A stretch of DNA of 63,520 bases, filler included, from an uncultured bacterium (lineage in GTDB: Bacteria > B130-G9), in NCBI GenBank assembly GCA_965372715.1. It is 14 parts of 14 records of this genome, joined end to end, with 100 filler letters (N's around TTAATTAATTAA, not from the genome) between each part and the next. Parts side by side here need not be neighbours in the genome. Positions count along the whole stretch, not along the records: positions 43,858 to 47,057 come from CBDVDH010000100.1; positions 47,158 to 50,206 come from CBDVDH010000101.1; positions 50,307 to 53,236 come from CBDVDH010000102.1; positions 53,337 to 56,257 come from CBDVDH010000103.1; 10 more parts are not named here. One strand, written 5' to 3'. Both the position numbers and the translations under genes were made by a program. Position 1 is the stretch's first letter. Each line of letters opens with the position of its first letter. The notes beneath the pieces are model-generated. The model did no database searches. It worked only from the letters and a program-made list of their open reading frames with translations, and was not told the DNA's origin. This document shows positions 43,758-53,426 of this stretch, piece after piece.

Positions 43758-43946
43758 NNNNNNNNNNNNNNNNNNNNNNNNNNNNNNNNNNNNNNNNNNN
43801 NTTAATTAATTAANNNNNNNNNNNNNNNNNNNNNNNNNNNNNNNNNNNNNNNNNNNNTGGTCAGGCAGAACACCCGTTTGCATGATGAAAGAGGGTACCA
43901 CAGAGCAGGAATGAGCGCAACGATAGCTGAGAGCACCTTAGAGAAG

Positions 43947-43978
43947 TGAGTGATTGAGTGATTGAATGATTGAGTGAT
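43947..43978. repeat. Octamer tandem repeat (tgagtgat)x4
   Basis: tgagtgat tgagtgat tgaatgat tgagtgat. Confidence 0.8.
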
Positions 43979-44029
43979 TAAATTTTAGCTTCTAAATCGC
44001 GCAATGCGGACTCGCCAGAGGAAGAAAAG

Positions 44030-44260
44030 TCAAGAATCAAGATCCAATCTTCTTGCGGCGATCAATCCGGTCGCATAGGCCAGTGTCGCGCGGATGTCCT
44101 CGGGCTCAAGTTCGGGATACTCCTTGAGTAGCTCCTCTTGGGGGATTCCGGCGGCCAAGGCTTTGAGGACCTGCTCTACGCTGATCCGCAGCCCGCGAAT
44201 TGTCGGCTTCCCTCCCAGGACGTTAGGATCGGCCTCGATGCGCTCAGCGATCTTAGGCAT
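44030..44260 (-). CDS. DUF433 family protein (antitoxin-like)
   Basis: RI..DP.VLGGKPTIRGLRISV..EYPEL..EDI.A.L.YA; GAGGAGG RBS. Confidence 0.9.
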   Translation of the reverse strand: MPKIAERIEADPNVLGGKPTIRGLRISVEQVLKALAAGIPQEELLKEYPELEPEDIRATLAYATGLIAARRLDLDS

Positions 44261-44457
44261 AATCTACCTCCTCAAAGATTATATAGCGCTCTATCCTGCC
44301 ATCCAATCTCAACGTGTAAACGTGCCAACGGCAGCTCACCCCATCTCAAAGCCTCTGCGTGCACACGTGTTAACGTTGTTCAAGCCGCGGTTTCAGGAGT
44401 ATGAGAAGACACAAAACCGGTGAATGTGTTGGATTGGAAGACCAGGCCCCAAAGCTC

Positions 44458-44586
44458 TTATAACGGTTAGCATCACCCGCCGCGCCGGGCCATGCAAAAC
44501 CCCTTCCGCTGTGAGATACGTTACTTTGCTTGGAGCCGCTGTTTTCGAGCGCCGATAGGCGCGGTCGGGTGCATGCGGTGTTAGCA
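44458..44586 (-). mobile_element. Integron attC site 3 (129 bp)
   Basis: TGCTAAC-accgcatGcacccgAccgcgcc...ggcgcggcgggtgatgc-taacc-GTTATAA. Confidence 0.88.
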
Positions 44587-44603
44587 CGCCTCCTCACTCA
44601 GAC

Positions 44604-45281
44604 CTACAGCTTCCGTACCCAGGTGACGATCAAAGTTGCGACGTTCTTCATCGCGGTTTCCAGATTCGCCTCAAAATCTGATGCTGCGCTCTTGTTGGCA
44701 CTGTCAGTCACCCCACGAATCTCGACAAATGGGACATCGCTGAACCTACAAGCCCTGGCCCCGCCTGCACCTTCCCAAGCGACAGCAAGTGCCCCTGTCA
44801 ATTTGTGGAGATATTCCTTCCTCTCAGCATCTACTACATCCTCGTCTCCGCTGGCTATGGGTCCGAAGCGCACTTCGAATGAGTTAGGGGGTAGTAACAC
44901 ACGTCTGAGACCATCTATGGCCGTCGCCGCACCGCCGAATCTCGGAAGAAGCGGCTCACCGAACTTGTTGTTGATGTCGTGCTCCACGGTCTCGGTTGCG
45001 ACAACAACATCGCCCACAGACAGTTCGTCCACTAATGCCCCAGCTGCACCGGCACAGATGACCAAGTCCCAGTCGGGACAAGCATCCAACAAATGCTGAG
45101 TCTGAACGGCAAACTGAACCTTTCCGAGTCCACCATATGCGAAGGTAATACCGAGGCCAGGAAACAGCGCGACGGGCAGTCTGCCGACCACGGAATCTTC
45201 TGCTTGGAACCCTCGCTCAGCAAAGTCTTTTCGGAAAGAATCAATCTCTTCTTGGATCGGGACAACCACGAGAATCTTCAT
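44604..45281 (-). CDS. MTA/SAH nucleosidase-like protein (PNP_UDP_1 family), cassette gene
   Basis: GGLGKV, GAAGAL..L.VGDVV, G.IASGD, WEGAG, IRGVTD.A; start ATG 45281. Confidence 0.85.
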   Translation of the reverse strand: MKILVVVPIQEEIDSFRKDFAERGFQAEDSVVGRLPVALFPGLGITFAYGGLGKVQFAVQTQHLLDACPDWDLVICAGAAGALVDELSVGDVVVATETVEHDINNKFGEPLLPRFGGAATAIDGLRRVLLPPNSFEVRFGPIASGDEDVVDAERKEYLHKLTGALAVAWEGAGGARACRFSDVPFVEIRGVTDSANKSAASDFEANLETAMKNVATLIVTWVRKL

Positions 45282-45313
45282 AAACCCTCTAGACCTCTCG
45301 CAAGCGCAAGGCG

Positions 45314-45372
45314 TGCTAACATCGTGGATCAGGCGCGGCTGTAAGCCGTCGCCTGCATCCGGTTTGCTATAC
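45314..45372 (-). mobile_element. Integron attC site 2 (59 bp)
   Basis: GTATAGC-aaaccggatGcaggcgAcggc-ttaca-gccgcgcctgatcc-acgat-GTTAGCA; overlaps the TAG stop of the upstream gene. Confidence 0.85.
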
Positions 45373-46299
45373 GACCCCTTCAATTCTTTTGAACCCTTTA
45401 AGTAGCAACAACTTCTCGATCGTGATGATACCAGACCACTCCCGACGTGCCTTTTCCCAGGCATCCGGAAATGTGTTGCCCCAAGACCAAGTGGGGAGCC
45501 AAGAACCATCTTCATTCTGAGAGCAAATCTCGTAATCGAGATTCGCCGCCACAACCTCTTCGAGGCCCGCCATGAATGGAGATCCAGGATCATCCACAAC
45601 CTGCAAAGGTCGAAGACTGTATCCCTTCCATTGTGTCGGATCACAGGCGACGGTACCGTCGATAAGCTGGGTCAGCTTCTGGCGAATCTGATCACGAGTG
45701 TCCTCCGGCAAGGTCTCAGTTCGTAGCAGGCGAAGACAACAAAGCAGTTCATGCATCTCGATCTTTTCCAGGCCAGACAGGTAGCTGATCACGCGGTCAG
45801 ACACAAGCGAGATGATGTCGCTGGGAACGTATCGCTGACAATCGTACAGATAGCCGAGGATCTCTGCTGTGGGATTGAGCGAGAAACAATCGAACACGTC
45901 CTCACGGTCTGTCTGATCCCACCACGGTGCATGCGGACTTTGCCCGGCCGATCGTGGAATGATCCGCCAGTGCCCTTTCTCTCTGTCCATGGTCTCTAAG
46001 AAGTAGGCAATGCTCGTCGAGACAAAGGCTTCATCAGGCCTCGCTTGTGTAGAGCGGAGAATCTGGAACGCGATCGATGTGCATAGGACAGAGCTTTTAT
46101 TGGCCCTGAGGTCAGGTTCAAGAGCACGACCAAATCCGCCGTCGGCATTCTGGTACTCTCCGAGCGCGGCAAGTACGGATTCGTCTGATGCTCCCTCGAA
46201 ATGACAATGAAACCGCCCGACTTCGAGAGGACGAGCTGTCGTCTCAACGAACCGTCGTGAAGTTTCGAACGCTTCCTTGGATAGCATTGTAGCAGTCAT
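45367..46299 (-). CDS. Prenyltransferase/terpene-cyclase-like alpha-alpha toroid protein, cassette gene
   Basis: YQNADGGFG.ALEPDLR and QNEDGSW QW-like motifs; ATG 46299 behind AGGAG. Confidence 0.75.
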   Translation of the reverse strand: MTATMLSKEAFETSRRFVETTARPLEVGRFHCHFEGASDESVLAALGEYQNADGGFGRALEPDLRANKSSVLCTSIAFQILRSTQARPDEAFVSTSIAYFLETMDREKGHWRIIPRSAGQSPHAPWWDQTDREDVFDCFSLNPTAEILGYLYDCQRYVPSDIISLVSDRVISYLSGLEKIEMHELLCCLRLLRTETLPEDTRDQIRQKLTQLIDGTVACDPTQWKGYSLRPLQVVDDPGSPFMAGLEEVVAANLDYEICSQNEDGSWLPTWSWGNTFPDAWEKARREWSGIITIEKLLLLKGFKRIEGVV

Positions 46300-46313
46300 C
46301 TTATTCTTCTCCT

Positions 46314-46413
46314 GCATAACGCCACGCATCAGCCGCCCGCCAGACAGGCGGCAAATTTGCGCATGCAAATTTGATGACATGGCTGGTGGGTCGGCTGCAT
46401 GCGCTTGTTAGGC
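46314..46413 (-). mobile_element. Integron attC site 1 (100 bp)
   Basis: GCCTAAC-aagcgcatGcagccgAc...gcggctgatgcg-tggc-GTTATGC. Confidence 0.92.
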
Positions 46414-46473
46414 GGCGACACTCGGAGCACGTCGGCAAGTGAAACCACCATTCGCCGCCACCGAGCTTCGTCA

Positions 46474-46941
46474 TCATTCTCTAAGCTCTAGTTCGTCGGG
46501 TGTCGGTTTCTGGAAGAACGCAATCCAGGGTTTCATCATCTCTTCGGAGATATGGAAGGCCATTGACGAAGATTGCGAGTTCCTTCGCACCAGCCGCCGA
46601 AGCAATTCATCCCCCGGCGCATCGAGGAAATGGACTTCACTACTCGCCCCAAGCTGCTTCGCTCGCAAGCGATAATCTTCTCGTTCTTCCCGTGCCCAAA
46701 AGCCGAAATCAAGTATCACATTTGTTCCCAACACAAGCGCCCGACTGGCCACCTCCCAAAGCAGGGCCTCAATGAGACCATGCCGGGCGTTATGCTCCGG
46801 CTCTTCTGCATCTTGACCGAAGAGACGCAATTGCCATTCATCGGGCGTGAGTCGAAGCGCCGAGCGATCATATTCAAGCTTTCGCGCCAGCGTTGTTTTT
46901 CCTGAACAAGGAAGTCCGATCATCAGGTGGAGAGTCGCCAC
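46474..46941 (-). CDS. P-loop kinase (AAA_33-like), cassette gene
   Basis: GLPCSGKTT Walker A, VILDFGFW, RL..RN lid motif. Confidence 0.85.
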   Translation of the reverse strand: MATLHLMIGLPCSGKTTLARKLEYDRSALRLTPDEWQLRLFGQDAEEPEHNARHGLIEALLWEVASRALVLGTNVILDFGFWAREEREDYRLRAKQLGASSEVHFLDAPGDELLRRLVRRNSQSSSMAFHISEEMMKPWIAFFQKPTPDELELRE

Positions 46942-46972
46942 GTCGAGTGCTCCAATAGTGCGTAAACGAGCC

Positions 46973-47003
46973 GCCTAACTTCTTATTCTACACAAAATCT
47001 CCG
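46973..47003 (-). mobile_element. Putative attI-like site at the head of the array
   Basis: cggagattttgtgtagaataagaa-GTTAGGC; AT-rich with no attC arm; the core GTTAGGCGGC complements GCCGCCTAAC of attC 1. Confidence 0.55.
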
Positions 47004-47300
47004 TTTGCCAGCAATAAAGCTCCCACGCCATTTTCTCATTGTAGCGTCAGACCCGTCNNNNNNNNNNNNNNNNNNNNNNNNNNNNNNNNNNNNNNNNNNN
47101 NTTAATTAATTAANNNNNNNNNNNNNNNNNNNNNNNNNNNNNNNNNNNNNNNNNNNNAGCGAGAAACGCGGATTGTTACTTGACCAATCCACGGATGCAA
47201 CCTAGTTAATCAATAATGGCAACGTGTTGTCGATTTCCCGACCTCACGCCCACAACAAAATGTTTTCTCGAATCACTTGCATCCTCAGAAGCTGGTAATC

Positions 47301-47759
47301 ATGCCTTCAAATCGCGGAAATGCCTTTACTTTGATCGAAGTATTGATCGTCGTGATCATCATGGCGGCGCTGGCCGCCACGATCATTCCGCAATTTTCCT
47401 CGTCGATCAACGACGCGGACGCGAAGGAGAGTTCGCTGAAGTTCAATCTGCACACGATCCGCTCGCAAATCGAGATGTACAAGGTCCATCACGCCGGCAA
47501 GGTTCCCGAGTTGGCCAAGTTTGAAGATCAGATGACCAGATCGGCTGCCATCAACGGCAACACCACTGGAACGGACCTGAATTATGGTCCGTATTTCCAA
47601 GGCGAGGTTCCCGCCAATCCATTCAACAACAACTCCGATATAGTGGCCGTGGCCACCGCCGGCGCTGAGCCGACGGGCGTAGTCGCCGGCGGAGCGGGCT
47701 GGCAGTACGACGGCGCCACCGGCGGATTCTATCCGAACAACGTCGAGTACTATCAGTAG
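47301..47759 (+). CDS. Type IV pilin / GspG-like prepilin
   Basis: RGNA-FTLIEVLIVVIIMAALAATIIP N-methylation motif, IEMYKVHH.G..P, P.NPF. Confidence 0.88.
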   Translation: MPSNRGNAFTLIEVLIVVIIMAALAATIIPQFSSSINDADAKESSLKFNLHTIRSQIEMYKVHHAGKVPELAKFEDQMTRSAAINGNTTGTDLNYGPYFQGEVPANPFNNNSDIVAVATAGAEPTGVVAGGAGWQYDGATGGFYPNNVEYYQ

Positions 47760-47812
47760 AAGAGTAAAGAGTTTTGTTGCGGGGCGGATTTCCGGGACAA
47801 TATTAGAGTCAA

Positions 47813-47853
47813 GGCAAGCCCCCGCCGAATATCGGCGGGGGTTTTGCCGTTTC
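47813..47853 (+). terminator. Intrinsic terminator after the pilin gene
   Basis: ggcaagcccccgccga...tcggcgggggttttgccgtttc. Confidence 0.75.
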
Positions 47854-48077
47854 TTGGGACGGAACCGGGAAGGGTTGTTCCTGATTCGCCTCGGCTATCA
47901 GCTTGCGGCGTAAGTGTAGGCGGCTTCTGAAGAAACCAGAACGGACGCGCGCGTCATTTGGTTGTCATGTGACCGCCGGGCGGCCACGGCATATCATAGG
48001 TTCTCCTAAGCTGGACGAACGCTGGTCCCCACTATAGACGCCACTACGAATGTTGACCAGCCTCCCGGCCTATTAGC

Positions 48078-48365
48078 TCAGTGCGTTGGTCGCACAAGTA
48101 AAGGGGGGGCATCTTGCCCTGACGGCGGGGTAGATCGAAGGCTCGCCACGTTGATCGTGACGCGCACATCCGGGACGATTTCGCTTTGATCGAAGGGATA
48201 CTCTCCCTCGGCTTCCTTGCGGTCCCCGGTCTCCACGCTTAACTCATCAAACGTAACCACACCCTTGAACCATCGACCACGACAAACGGCAACTATCAGA
48301 GCCGCCCCGGCGAATACAGCAAAAATTTCCCACCAAGAAACGATAACGATAACGATAAGCTGCAT
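48078..48365 (-). CDS. Possible small membrane protein
   Basis: Hydrophobic N-terminus only; no recognisable family. Confidence 0.3.
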   Translation of the reverse strand: MQLIVIVIVSWWEIFAVFAGAALIVAVCRGRWFKGVVTFDELSVETGDRKEAEGEYPFDQSEIVPDVRVTINVASLRSTPPSGQDAPPLLVRPTH

Positions 48366-48655
48366 TGAGCAATCTCCATCAGCGCAAGAGGTCGCGCAAG
48401 AACAGGCGACCCCTCGCGGAGTTCGCCTGATGACTGGGGAAGCCCGCAATGCCGATGGGCGGGCCAGGGAATCAGGACAGGGACTTGATTTCTACGTCTG
48501 TTGCGGGCTTCCTAGTGAGAATCTTTCGCTTATCGTTATCAATTCAATCTACTATTTCGCAAAATCCGATCCTCACTATCTCGTTTGTACCACAAGCCCG
48601 TGATCTGTCAACAGGAGGGCGTCAACGCAGTCGGAAGTGCTTACCAGAGAACTGT

Positions 48656-50206
48656 TTATGATCCCGGTCGTCCGCCCGGTTCCGATTGCGGCAGGACGGA
48701 GAGTCCCGTGATCGACAGATCGCTCGTGGCAACCAAGAATCGCCTATTTTCCGCCCACGTAACCGCGATTGTCTGGCAAGATGTCCACCTAAGTACGACC
48801 TCGCCTTGAATGTTCACGACCCAGAGGGTGTCCTCTTCCTCATACCTGGTTACAAGAGCCAACAAGTCATTGCGACGCTCGCAGGAACGCCACATACCCT
48901 TGAGAGGGATTTGGCCTGTGATTTCCCCAGAGCAGGAGAAGCGAGTTAGCGTGGGTTTACGACCCAACGCCAGAAAGCCACCATCGTCGTCGGGAAAAAC
49001 CCGTTGGGCTTTATGTCTTACGGTTTGCACTACACTGCCGTCCGATCTCACGACCCATATTTTTGTGCCGGCAATGAAGCCAATGGTTTGCCTGTTTGGT
49101 GAGGTCTCTGCAAAGGATATGGAAGTATTCGCATCCAGCGACCACTCGTCAGTGCCACTGGCTGAAATCAGCGCAATACGCCGGTTATCCACCCGGAGAC
49201 ATGACGGGAAACAATCGAACGGCTCGCTATAGCTGAGACGGTCTAGCTCGTCGGGGAGGTAGTCTCGTTGCTGGCAAAGAAGCTCTGCGTCGTCCCCTCT
49301 CAGTACGGCTCCAATTGGGTTGAATACGAAGCACCGAGAGACTGACTCCATGCCGCTCCCATTGTCCTCGCTGCTATTGACCGCACAGATGATTGAGCCG
49401 TCCGTTGGAGTCACACAGCGCCAAACGTAAGAACCGGACCCGCTAATCTCCGTTACGTCTTTATGAGCCGGTTTGCCCTCCTGCATAACAGGTTCCGTGC
49501 AGAGCGTTACTCCGTGTTGATCGTACAAGAAAAAGCTCATTTCTCGATACCACCACTCCGTTTCAGCATCATAGCAATGCTCAGACACATAGGCGAGAAT
49601 TCGTGTGCCGTCAAAGGACGGGAACGCTGACTCAAAATGGCATTCGCCGTTTGGCGTGGGAATCTGCTGTCGCAGAGCACCATCTTCGTATACGTCGATC
49701 TTCGTTCCGTAGGTGACGACAACGCAGCGGGCATCGCTGGAAACGCGAAACCCAGGGCGCTCCACTTTCGTATCAGGCTGAACAATCCAGTCGGGTTCTG
49801 TCTCCTTTTCTGGAAACGAAGAGGATGTGGGAATCTCGCGCGTGCGCGCATTTCGGTTCCCAACGAACAGCACACGCTCCACTGGTGTTGGCGAGTAGCT
49901 CAACTGGAATACCGGGCAAGATTCCCCCTCTGTAATGAGGAATCTTCCGTCGGCGGAAAAACCGAACACCCGATTTGGAGCGTCCAGCGCTATTTCGGTT
50001 TGCACCGTTCCTCTGAGATCAACGAGCTTCAAGGTGTGCGCACTGGCGCTACCTCCCCACGCATCGCTTGCCGACGCAACGAATGCAATGATTTGATGCT
50101 CGGTGTCGATGTCCCAATCACGAGTACCAGGTTCTTGCGATGAAAACGGCGCGCCGGAACGTGTCAATGGGTTTGAGACAACTGCGGTACGAAATTAGTG
50201 TCGCGC
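48656..50206 (-). CDS. Beta-propeller-like protein, probably 5' truncated
   Basis: FSADGRFL, VSSDARCV, SFDGTRI, TSPNRQTI blade motifs. Confidence 0.6.
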
Positions 50207-50306
50207 NNNNNNNNNNNNNNNNNNNNNNNNNNNNNNNNNNNNNNNNNNNNTTAATTAATTAANNNNNNNNNNNNNNNNNNNNNNNNNNNNNNNNNNNNNN
50301 NNNNNN

Positions 50307-50403
50307 CAGGCGACCGCCCGCAGAATCAGGTCTGCCTCCCCCCAAACCCGCAATCGACCTACAAAGCCTGAAGCGCTCCGGGGCTGTTCCGAACGACAAC
50401 TAG
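50307..50403 (+). CDS. C-terminal tail of an upstream paralog of the 715-aa gene
   Basis: ...GLPPPKPAIDLQSLKRSGAVPNDN*, matching the C-terminus of 50773-52920. Confidence 0.75.
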
Positions 50404-50718
50404 TGCGATGTAACGCACTGTGCGTGACGGTATTCTCGCCCCCCTTTGAGCTACCTGTTCGCCGAACGGCCAATTGGCCTGCGTCTGGTGCAGCGCTGTC
50501 GGGCACATCGGAACCGGGGCATCCCGCCAGGTGTTTATCCGGTAAACGACAGGCCTTGTAGAGACTGCTTAAAGACGTTGCCGATCAGAACGAACGCCGC
50601 GCGACGGTCTCGCTCGAAAAGGGCCGCCGTCGAGCCTGACAGCCGCCAATCTGATTCTTCGGCCCAGCTACTGCCCTTGACTCGGGATCGGCAGTTGCTA
50701 TCATTGGTCGCTAGTGCA
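50327..50718 (+). repeat. Direct repeat of about 392 bp (second copy 52844-53236)
   Basis: High identity with scattered substitutions; includes the gene tail, intergenic DNA and a TTGACT-N16-TATCAT promoter-like motif. Confidence 0.92.
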
Positions 50719-50772
50719 CTCCGCAATTGGCGCCGGTGGGTCAGTTGATCGAATAGAGAGGTCATTTCGGAT

Positions 50773-52920
50773 TTGGACAAGACGGGAACGCTCTCGTTTC
50801 GCTACGTCTGGCTGTGGTTCTTGATACTGGGATTGCTGGCCGGCCTTTATTTGCCGTCTCTTGAGTTCGACCTTTTCGACGATGACTTCATCTTCTACGG
50901 GCACAAGGAGCTCGGCGTCACTCTGATCAATGCTTTCTTCAGAGGGGAAAGACCGGGGCTGAGTCCAGAGGAATCCAGGTTCTTTCGTCCTCTGGCTGAT
51001 TATGTCTGGGCTCTCAAATTCGCGCTGTTTGGGACACGAATCGATTATTACCATGCCGTGGGGGTCCTCATTCACTTGATCAACACCGTGCTCGTTTCCG
51101 TCGTTGCGCGGAGACTGCTAGGCCTTGACCGTGTATGGTCGCTGTGCGCCTCGCTTCTGTTTGCGGTCTTTTGGTTTAACTTCGAGGCGGTGGCCTGGCT
51201 TTCGGCCAACGATACCGCCATCTGCACGACATTTATGCTATCAGCTGTTCTGTTTTCGGTCAGGTACGTGCGTCAAGGCGGCATTGGCGCGCTGTTTGCC
51301 CTATCTCTGTCTATGCTCCTTGCCATAGCCAGCAAGGAGTTTGCGCTGGTCATGCCTCTTGTACTAGGGCTTATCTGGTTCCTCCCCTTCGAGAGGCCTG
51401 CAGAAGGGGCGAAAAGAAGGATTCTAATTGCAGCGGCGATCTCAGTTGTCCTGGTTGCCGGCTACATGACGCTGAAGTCCGCGCTGGCCTTTATGACTCC
51501 CACCCTAGAGATCACGCCTAGCTTCTTGCTGAGGACCGGCCATGGCTTGTTGACGATCCTTTGGTGTCCAGTTGAATATGGTTTCTTCGGGGCGCTTGGC
51601 GCGATTTTCTTTCTATTATGCGTGCTTCAGGCCAGAACGCGGATTCTGGCTCTGCTAGCCTTGGTCTTGCTGAGTCCAGCCTTTCTCCAGGGACCGCAGA
51701 TGAGGTATGGCTATCCCGCCAGCGTCGCATTTGCGCTTATGCTGGTCTTGGTCCTAAAGACGTTCGAGGGGAGGCCCAGGCCCAGAATTGCTACGCTTCA
51801 GATTGGGTTACTGGTCGCACTGGCGGGCGGCACGTTGTACGCGTTCGTGATGCAGGACGGCCCGAGTCCCGTATTTGTCCTGGGAGGGCTTGCGTTGGCA
51901 CTCGTTCTGCTACTACACGGCTGGAGAAGAGGGCGGCTCCGGGCCTCAAGCGTTGTAGGCTTTATGCTGGTGGCCCTCATCGCGGCCAGCAATTTCGGTC
52001 TGGCGATGGACTTCCCCTGGGCGTGTAGATTGGGCGGGAAGGCCAGAAGCCTGGCAGAGAGTCTCGTCCCTCAGTTGCCCGAAGGAAACGCGCTCGCGAA
52101 AAGACCTAAATACTTCGCTGTTCATGCTGTGAATCTCGGCCCTCAGTTGCCCGAAGGAAACGCGCCGCTCACAGTAGTTACGACTAAGCCGGAATTCGTC
52201 AAGGAGGGCGAGCTAGTCGAGATTGGCTATGTTCGGGCTTTCGCAATGCTCATCTCCGGCCGAGAGCTTCGCTTCGCTCCGATTGAAGACGTGCTTGAGA
52301 AGATCGCCGAAGCCCCTGATACTGAACTGAGTGAGCTTGTTGTGATAGGGCAGACCGACGAAAAGATCACTCGCCGCGATGACGTCGAGGCGCTCCTTAG
52401 GGCGCGGCAAGCCTCTTACCTGATGCCGCCGCCGGACATCCTGTCCTTTGCGTTCAACGGTCCCCGCGGCCAATCGGGAGCGAGGTTTCTGGCCTGCGAC
52501 ATCGATCAGCGAACCGCCGGGCGCCTGGAGACAGAAGATACCCCGTTGGACACGGTTGCGTATGACCTTATCTCCGTTACGTTCACCCAGCCGACCCGCT
52601 TGCCGTCACAGTTCGCCTGGCTAGAGTGGTATCAAAAGATGAACGGAAGTCCTGTGGGCCGGGCGGTGAAGAAGATCGAGGCGGGCCAGGCGTCATTTAA
52701 GTTGCGACAACGACTCGACTGGCTCAGTGCGAAAGAGGTAGTCTTGATCACCACGGGTCTCGTGGATGAAGATGCCCTTCCCTATCTCGCCGGGATGCGT
52801 ATTCGCCGGGAGCCGCTGGTGCGCAGGCGAGGACCAGCAACACCAGGTCTGCCTCCCCCCAAACCCGCAATCGACCTTCAAAGTCTGAAGCGCTCCGGGG
52901 CTATTCCGAACGACAACTAG
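50773..52920 (+). CDS. Polytopic GT-C-fold glycosyltransferase-like protein (PMT/TMTC-like) with a soluble C-terminus
   Basis: FDDDF loop after TM1, FFRPL, YH....LIH, EAVAW, SKE motifs; more than 12 TM segments. Confidence 0.7.
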   Translation: MDKTGTLSFRYVWLWFLILGLLAGLYLPSLEFDLFDDDFIFYGHKELGVTLINAFFRGERPGLSPEESRFFRPLADYVWALKFALFGTRIDYYHAVGVLIHLINTVLVSVVARRLLGLDRVWSLCASLLFAVFWFNFEAVAWLSANDTAICTTFMLSAVLFSVRYVRQGGIGALFALSLSMLLAIASKEFALVMPLVLGLIWFLPFERPAEGAKRRILIAAAISVVLVAGYMTLKSALAFMTPTLEITPSFLLRTGHGLLTILWCPVEYGFFGALGAIFFLLCVLQARTRILALLALVLLSPAFLQGPQMRYGYPASVAFALMLVLVLKTFEGRPRPRIATLQIGLLVALAGGTLYAFVMQDGPSPVFVLGGLALALVLLLHGWRRGRLRASSVVGFMLVALIAASNFGLAMDFPWACRLGGKARSLAESLVPQLPEGNALAKRPKYFAVHAVNLGPQLPEGNAPLTVVTTKPEFVKEGELVEIGYVRAFAMLISGRELRFAPIEDVLEKIAEAPDTELSELVVIGQTDEKITRRDDVEALLRARQASYLMPPPDILSFAFNGPRGQSGARFLACDIDQRTAGRLETEDTPLDTVAYDLISVTFTQPTRLPSQFAWLEWYQKMNGSPVGRAVKKIEAGQASFKLRQRLDWLSAKEVVLITTGLVDEDALPYLAGMRIRREPLVRRRGPATPGLPPPKPAIDLQSLKRSGAIPNDN

Positions 52921-53426
52921 TGCAATGTAACGCGCTATGCTTGACGGCCCTTTCGCCCCTCCCTTGAGCTACCTGTTCGCCGAACGGCCAATTGGCCTGC
53001 GTCTGGTGCAGGGCTGTCGGGCACATCGGAACCGGGGCATCCCGCCAGGTGTTTATCCGGAAAACGACAGGCCTTGTAGAGACTGCTTAAAGACGTTGCC
53101 GATCAGAACGAGCGCCGCGCGACGGTCTCACACGAAAAGGGCCGCCGTTGAGCCTGACAGCCGCCAATCTGATTCTTCGGCCCAGCTACTGCCCTTGACT
53201 CGGAATGGGCAGTTGCTATCATTGCTCGCTAGTGCANNNNNNNNNNNNNNNNNNNNNNNNNNNNNNNNNNNNNNNNNNNNTTAATTAATTAANNNNNNNN
53301 NNNNNNNNNNNNNNNNNNNNNNNNNNNNNNNNNNNNTCATACGTTCGGTCACATCAGAGAAGGGCGGGGCAAGCACCGCCCCTACGATGCCCGACACGAC
53401 CAAAACGGCCAAGACGGCTGGCGACC

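Noticed and set aside
52068-52165. Mini CRISPR array
   Set aside because: Only two repeats, in frame within a CDS, and no cas genes
50327-53236. Possible DGR template and variable repeat pair
   Set aside because: Mismatches involve all four bases rather than only adenines; no reverse transcriptase in the window
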